Shown here piece after piece: positions 29,138-32,000 of a stretch of 32,000 bases of DNA. Below the pieces are notes generated by a model that was given only the letters and a program-made list of their open reading frames with translations, was not told the DNA's origin and did no database searches. Each line of letters starts with the position of its first letter. Position 1 is the stretch's first letter. The translations under genes and the position numbers were made by a program. Source of the DNA: Vibrio vulnificus CMCP6 (GTDB taxonomy: Bacteria; Pseudomonadota; Gammaproteobacteria; Enterobacterales; Vibrionaceae); contig NC_004459.3 in NCBI RefSeq assembly GCF_000039765.1, positions 270,001 through 302,000 of the forward strand, given 5' to 3'.

Positions 29138-29403
29138 TATACCCAAGTGACTTCAAGATGCAGGATTCAGAGCTTCATATTCTGGTTCAGTTCAAGGAAG
29201 AGAACGCAGCGGAATGACGAGTCCTTTCCAAGTTCTATGACACAGAAATGAGACAGAATATGCGCTCCCAAGGGCGAGTTTAACTGGCCTTCATACTGCG
29301 TTATCGATTCTCGATGTAGAGCGACTAGACCTTCAAATCGATGCCTTGTCTAAACGCCAGTTAACTCTCGCTGAAACTCGCATCTCGAGGTTACTTGGGT
29401 ATA
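29138..29403. repeat. ~266-bp imperfect palindromic MITE-like element
   Basis: The terminal inverted repeats are TATACCCAAGTGAC and GTTACTTGGGTATA (13/14). Pairing extends to 27 of the first 33 positions, and a small hairpin sits at the centre (29263-29276). No ORF is present. Confidence 0.55.
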
Positions 29404-29501
29404 ATTACCACCAGCGCCACGGCAAGAATCGCGACAAAATAGAGAGTCCAAAGCACGCTGTGTTTGAGTATTTCTTTTACCTCTCGTTGGGCTTTATTCA
29501 T
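29391..29501 (-). CDS. Candidate small membrane protein, 36 aa (MNKAQREVKEILKHSVLWTLYFVAILAVALVVIIPK)
   Basis: The ATG has GGAGA 7 nt upstream. One clear TM segment is predicted. It overlaps the upstream small ORF by 8 nt. It is below the ORF-track cutoff and I translated it by hand. Confidence 0.4.
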   Translation of the reverse strand: MNKAQREVKEILKHSVLWTLYFVAILAVALVVIIPK

Positions 29502-29661
29502 GCCTGCGTCTCCGCCACAGTGAAATGATGCCACTGAGGCCAACCAAAATCACAAAACACCCCATCGCCCACCAATTTCGTTTGGGCTGCCACCCCAATG
29601 CTTCGATCTCTTCTTCTGTTAAACTGATCTCTATTTGTTCAAGCCACTCTTCATCTTGCAT
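29494..29661 (-). CDS. Candidate small membrane protein, 55 aa (MQDEEWLEQIEISLTEEEIEALGWQPKRNWWAMGCFVILVGLSGIISLWRRRRHE)
   Basis: The ATG has GGGGA 7 nt upstream. The product has an acidic N-terminus, one TM and a C-terminal RRRR. It lies downstream of the thiI terminator on the same strand. Confidence 0.45.
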   Translation of the reverse strand: MQDEEWLEQIEISLTEEEIEALGWQPKRNWWAMGCFVILVGLSGIISLWRRRRHE

Positions 29662-29772
29662 GGTGCATCCCCGTTTACCCGTTCCGCCATAATGCTAATT
29701 CAAGCCTGTGTTCATAAAAATCAAAGAGAATTTAACCTAGGTTCAGATTTATAAAACCTTGGACGTGGGCAA

Positions 29773-29804
29773 TAAAAAATCCGAATGCGAGCATTCGGAT
29801 TTTT
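29773..29804. terminator. Terminator after thiI (perfect 10-bp palindrome ATCCGAATGC/GCATTCGGAT with flanking A/T runs)
   Basis: The sequence AAAAAATCCGAATGCgaGCATTCGGATTTTT was read directly. Confidence 0.75.
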
Positions 29805-29829
29805 AGACATTAGGGTTAACACATCACCG

Positions 29830-31278
29830 CTATGGGCGATACACTTTAACGTTGTTAAAGCCTTGCTCTTGTAGGTAGAGAGCTTGCAAACGGCTCATCA
29901 CACCGCGAGCACAGTAAAGCAGATACGTTTTCGACTGGTCTAAGTCACCAAATTGCGTGCTGAGCTTGTAAAACGGAATGTGTTTTACCTCAACACCATC
30001 GATCTCTAGCGGACTGTCGTCTTCTTCATCTGGGCTACGAATATCCAGCACCACAGCGTGCTCTTCAATCGCTTGAACTTGCTCTACTTCTGGCGCTGCT
30101 TGCGCCGACTCTTTCGCGATATCACGAATGTCCATTTGACGGGCATTGCGTACCACTTGTTCCAAGATATCGAAATTGAAGTTGGCTTCTTCCGCTTCGA
30201 GCTTCTCTTTGACTGCTTTCACGGTTGGCTTCTTCGAAATCACGCCACAGTATTCTGGCATGGTTTTGGCGAAATCTTCGGTGCCGATGTCACGTGCAAC
30301 TTTAATGATCTCGTCTTTATCCCAGTTGATTAGAGGACGTAGAATCAAACGATCGGTCACCACATCAATGTGGCGTAAGTTGGTCAAAGTTTGGCTTGAT
30401 ACTTGGCCTAGGGCTTCACCAGTTACCAAAGCTTGAATATCAAACTTCTCGGCAACCATGCCAGCTGCACGCATGAACATACGTTTTAGCACAACGCCCA
30501 TTTGACCGTCTTCAACCTTCTCTAAAATCTCCGCCACTACAGGCTCAAAATCAACAGAGATGAAGCGAACTTTGGCTGAAGAGCCGTATTTGTTCCACAA
30601 GAAGTGAGCCACTTGTTTTACGCCGATTTCATGCGCAGGGCCACCCAGATTGAAGAAACAGTAATGCACTTTAGAGCCACGCTTGATGTGCAGATAGCTC
30701 GAAACACCCGAATCAAAACCACCAGAGATCAGGCTCAGCAGATCTTCTTGCGTGCCCAGAGGGAAACCGCCAAGACCTTTGTGATGGGCCAAAATCTGGT
30801 TCAGTTTGTCATCCACCACTTCAATCTTGATGGTAATGTCTGGGTTGTGCAGTTTGACCGAGGCGCTCTCGACCGATTGATTTAAGCCACCACCGACGTA
30901 ACGCTCCAGCTCAATTGAGGTAAAGTCATGCTTACCACGGCGCTTAGCACGCACCACAAAGGTTTTGTTTTCAATGCGCTCGCGGCTGAGCTCCAACACT
31001 TGCTCATAGATGTCGTGCAGATCTTTAAAGCCAGATTGCTTCACTTCCAACACTTGCTGAATGCCAGGTGTCGTCGTCAAGATTTCGAGCACTTGTTGGT
31101 AATATTGATGGCTGTTAGCCGACACTTCGATATGATCGCGACGGTTAAAGACAGCCACAGATTCAGTGCGATTCTGAATAATGATTCGGATGTTGCTCTC
31201 AAGAATCTTGGTAAAGCGCTTACGTACCGACTCACTCTTTACAAAAATTTCTGGATGGGGCTTTACAATAAATTTCAT
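29830..31278 (-). CDS. thiI: tRNA 4-thiouridine(8) synthase / sulfur carrier ThiI, with C-terminal rhodanese domain
   Basis: The N-terminus [15 protein letters not shown], the PP-loop SGGFDS and the rhodanese active-site Cys (YCARGVMS) are present. Length is 482 aa. Confidence 0.95.
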   Translation of the reverse strand: MKFIVKPHPEIFVKSESVRKRFTKILESNIRIIIQNRTESVAVFNRRDHIEVSANSHQYYQQVLEILTTTPGIQQVLEVKQSGFKDLHDIYEQVLELSRERIENKTFVVRAKRRGKHDFTSIELERYVGGGLNQSVESASVKLHNPDITIKIEVVDDKLNQILAHHKGLGGFPLGTQEDLLSLISGGFDSGVSSYLHIKRGSKVHYCFFNLGGPAHEIGVKQVAHFLWNKYGSSAKVRFISVDFEPVVAEILEKVEDGQMGVVLKRMFMRAAGMVAEKFDIQALVTGEALGQVSSQTLTNLRHIDVVTDRLILRPLINWDKDEIIKVARDIGTEDFAKTMPEYCGVISKKPTVKAVKEKLEAEEANFNFDILEQVVRNARQMDIRDIAKESAQAAPEVEQVQAIEEHAVVLDIRSPDEEDDSPLEIDGVEVKHIPFYKLSTQFGDLDQSKTYLLYCARGVMSRLQALYLQEQGFNNVKVYRP

Positions 31279-31372
31279 AGTTCAATTCGCAGTCTGTTGG
31301 CTATCAATTCACACCGCAGCTTGCACTAAGGTGTGGGACTTAGGGCGCAAGATTATACACGAATTATAACCA

Positions 31373-31398
31373 TAAAAAAGACGAGCATTTCTGCTCAT
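31373..31398 (-). terminator. Rho-independent terminator after pomB
   Basis: On the minus strand, GATGAGCA-gaaa-TGCTCGTC (one G-U pair) is followed by TTTTTT. Confidence 0.7.
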
Positions 31399-31422
31399 CT
31401 TTTATTCAACTGACGTACCCAA

Positions 31423-32000
31423 TTACTGGTCTTGAGGAATGGCTGGAATTTCATCACTATACAAAGGCTCACCTTGCATAATGCTGATTTCCACTCGGCG
31501 GTTTCTTGCTCGGTTTTCTTCAGTATCGTTATCGACCAGAGGATCGGTATCAGCCATGCCTCGCACCCGTAGGCGCTGATGAGAAAATCCGCGCACTTTT
31601 TCCATCTCTTGCGCCACCGAAACGGCACGTTGCGCAGAGAGATCCCAGTTAGAACGATAAAGCTCCGAATCAAGACGCTGATTGTCCGTGTGGCCTGAAA
31701 TCCGCACAATGCCAGGGACATCTTTCACCAACTCAGCAATTTGTCGCACTAGCGGGCGGAATTTCGGCTGCAAGAACGCAGAGCCTTCTGGGAAGGCGCC
31801 CTTCTCTCGCATGCGAATCACAATTTGCTGCCCCAAGTTTTCCACTTCAATCGCCCCTTGCTCTATTTCACGCTCAAGGGCCTTCTTGATGCTTTCCATC
31901 AGCGTTTCCATCTCTTTCGACATGGCTTCCGATTGCTGCTGTTGCTGTTGTTGTTCGGTATTTTGGTTGGTCTGGGTCGAGGTTTCAGGCGACTGCCCGC
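31423..32000 (-). CDS. pomB: Flagellar stator protein PomB/MotB; C-terminal OmpA-like part, with the 5' end beyond the window
   Basis: The OmpA-like peptidoglycan-binding motifs ISGHTDN...NWDLSAQRA...NRRVEI are present. The frame stays open to base 32000, through a Gln-rich linker. Confidence 0.85.
   Translation of the reverse strand, partial: GQSPETSTQTNQNTEQQQQQQQSEAMSKEMETLMESIKKALEREIEQGAIEVENLGQQIVIRMREKGAFPEGSAFLQPKFRPLVRQIAELVKDVPGIVRISGHTDNQRLDSELYRSNWDLSAQRAVSVAQEMEKVRGFSHQRLRVRGMADTDPLVDNDTEENRARNRRVEISIMQGEPLYSDEIPAIPQDQ

Noticed and set aside
29138-29403. Calling the palindromic element an ERIC/IRU copy
   Set aside because: Only short resemblances to the remembered ERIC core are present (AAGTGACT, CAG-AGCTT-CAT). 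The element is about twice ERIC length. I cannot support a family assignment without a search, so I kept it as a generic MITE-like element.
29346-29528. 60-aa plus-strand ORF
   Set aside because: It starts inside the palindromic element and runs antisense to two small ORFs that have better RBSs and clear TM helices. It has no RBS of its own.
31395-31721. 108-aa minus-strand ORF overlapping pomB in another frame
   Set aside because: The pomB frame carries clear OmpA-like motifs, and the alternative frame has none.
31924-31965. CAA/CAG-rich tract encoding a poly-Gln run in PomB
   Set aside because: It lies in the flexible periplasmic linker of MotB/PomB-type proteins, where low-complexity sequence is common. 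The tract is short and in frame, with no evidence of phase variation.

Overview
This window looks like core chromosome from a Vibrio, probably cholerae-clade, judged from gene order and protein motifs recalled from memory. No database search was possible. Gene order is rodA (5' partial)-rlpA-dacA-ybeD-lipB-lipA, an orphan lipoprotein, glyA, a YitT-family membrane protein, treR-treB-treC, gmhB, metNIQ, a DUF2310-like Zn-ribbon gene with syd, and queF. These are followed by two GGDEF-type signalling proteins, ppnN-xni, a secreted DRGH nuclease, the overlapping chain gcvA-hydrolase-ygdD-rlmM, the sRNA GcvB, thiI and pomB (5' partial). I found no integrase, transposase, CRISPR array, tRNA/rRNA or recognisable defence island. 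Regulatory sites readable directly from the sequence are tandem MetJ boxes upstream of metN, a PurR box at glyA, two palindromic TreR-type operators upstream of treB, and back-to-back gcvA/gcvB promoters. The features least explained by standard annotation are listed here.
1. A ~266-bp imperfect palindromic, MITE-like element lies between gcvB and thiI.
2. Two overlapping small membrane-protein ORFs (55 and 36 aa) fall below the ORF-track cutoff, and the second one ends inside that element.
3. A queF-linked pair combines a periplasmic TPR protein carrying a degenerate GGDEF domain with a coiled-coil SGEEF cyclase.
4. syd sits in an apparent operon with a Zn-ribbon protein.
5. Two adjacent perfect AT-rich hairpins lie upstream of the nuclease gene.
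None of these is clearly a new system. All need comparative or experimental confirmation.
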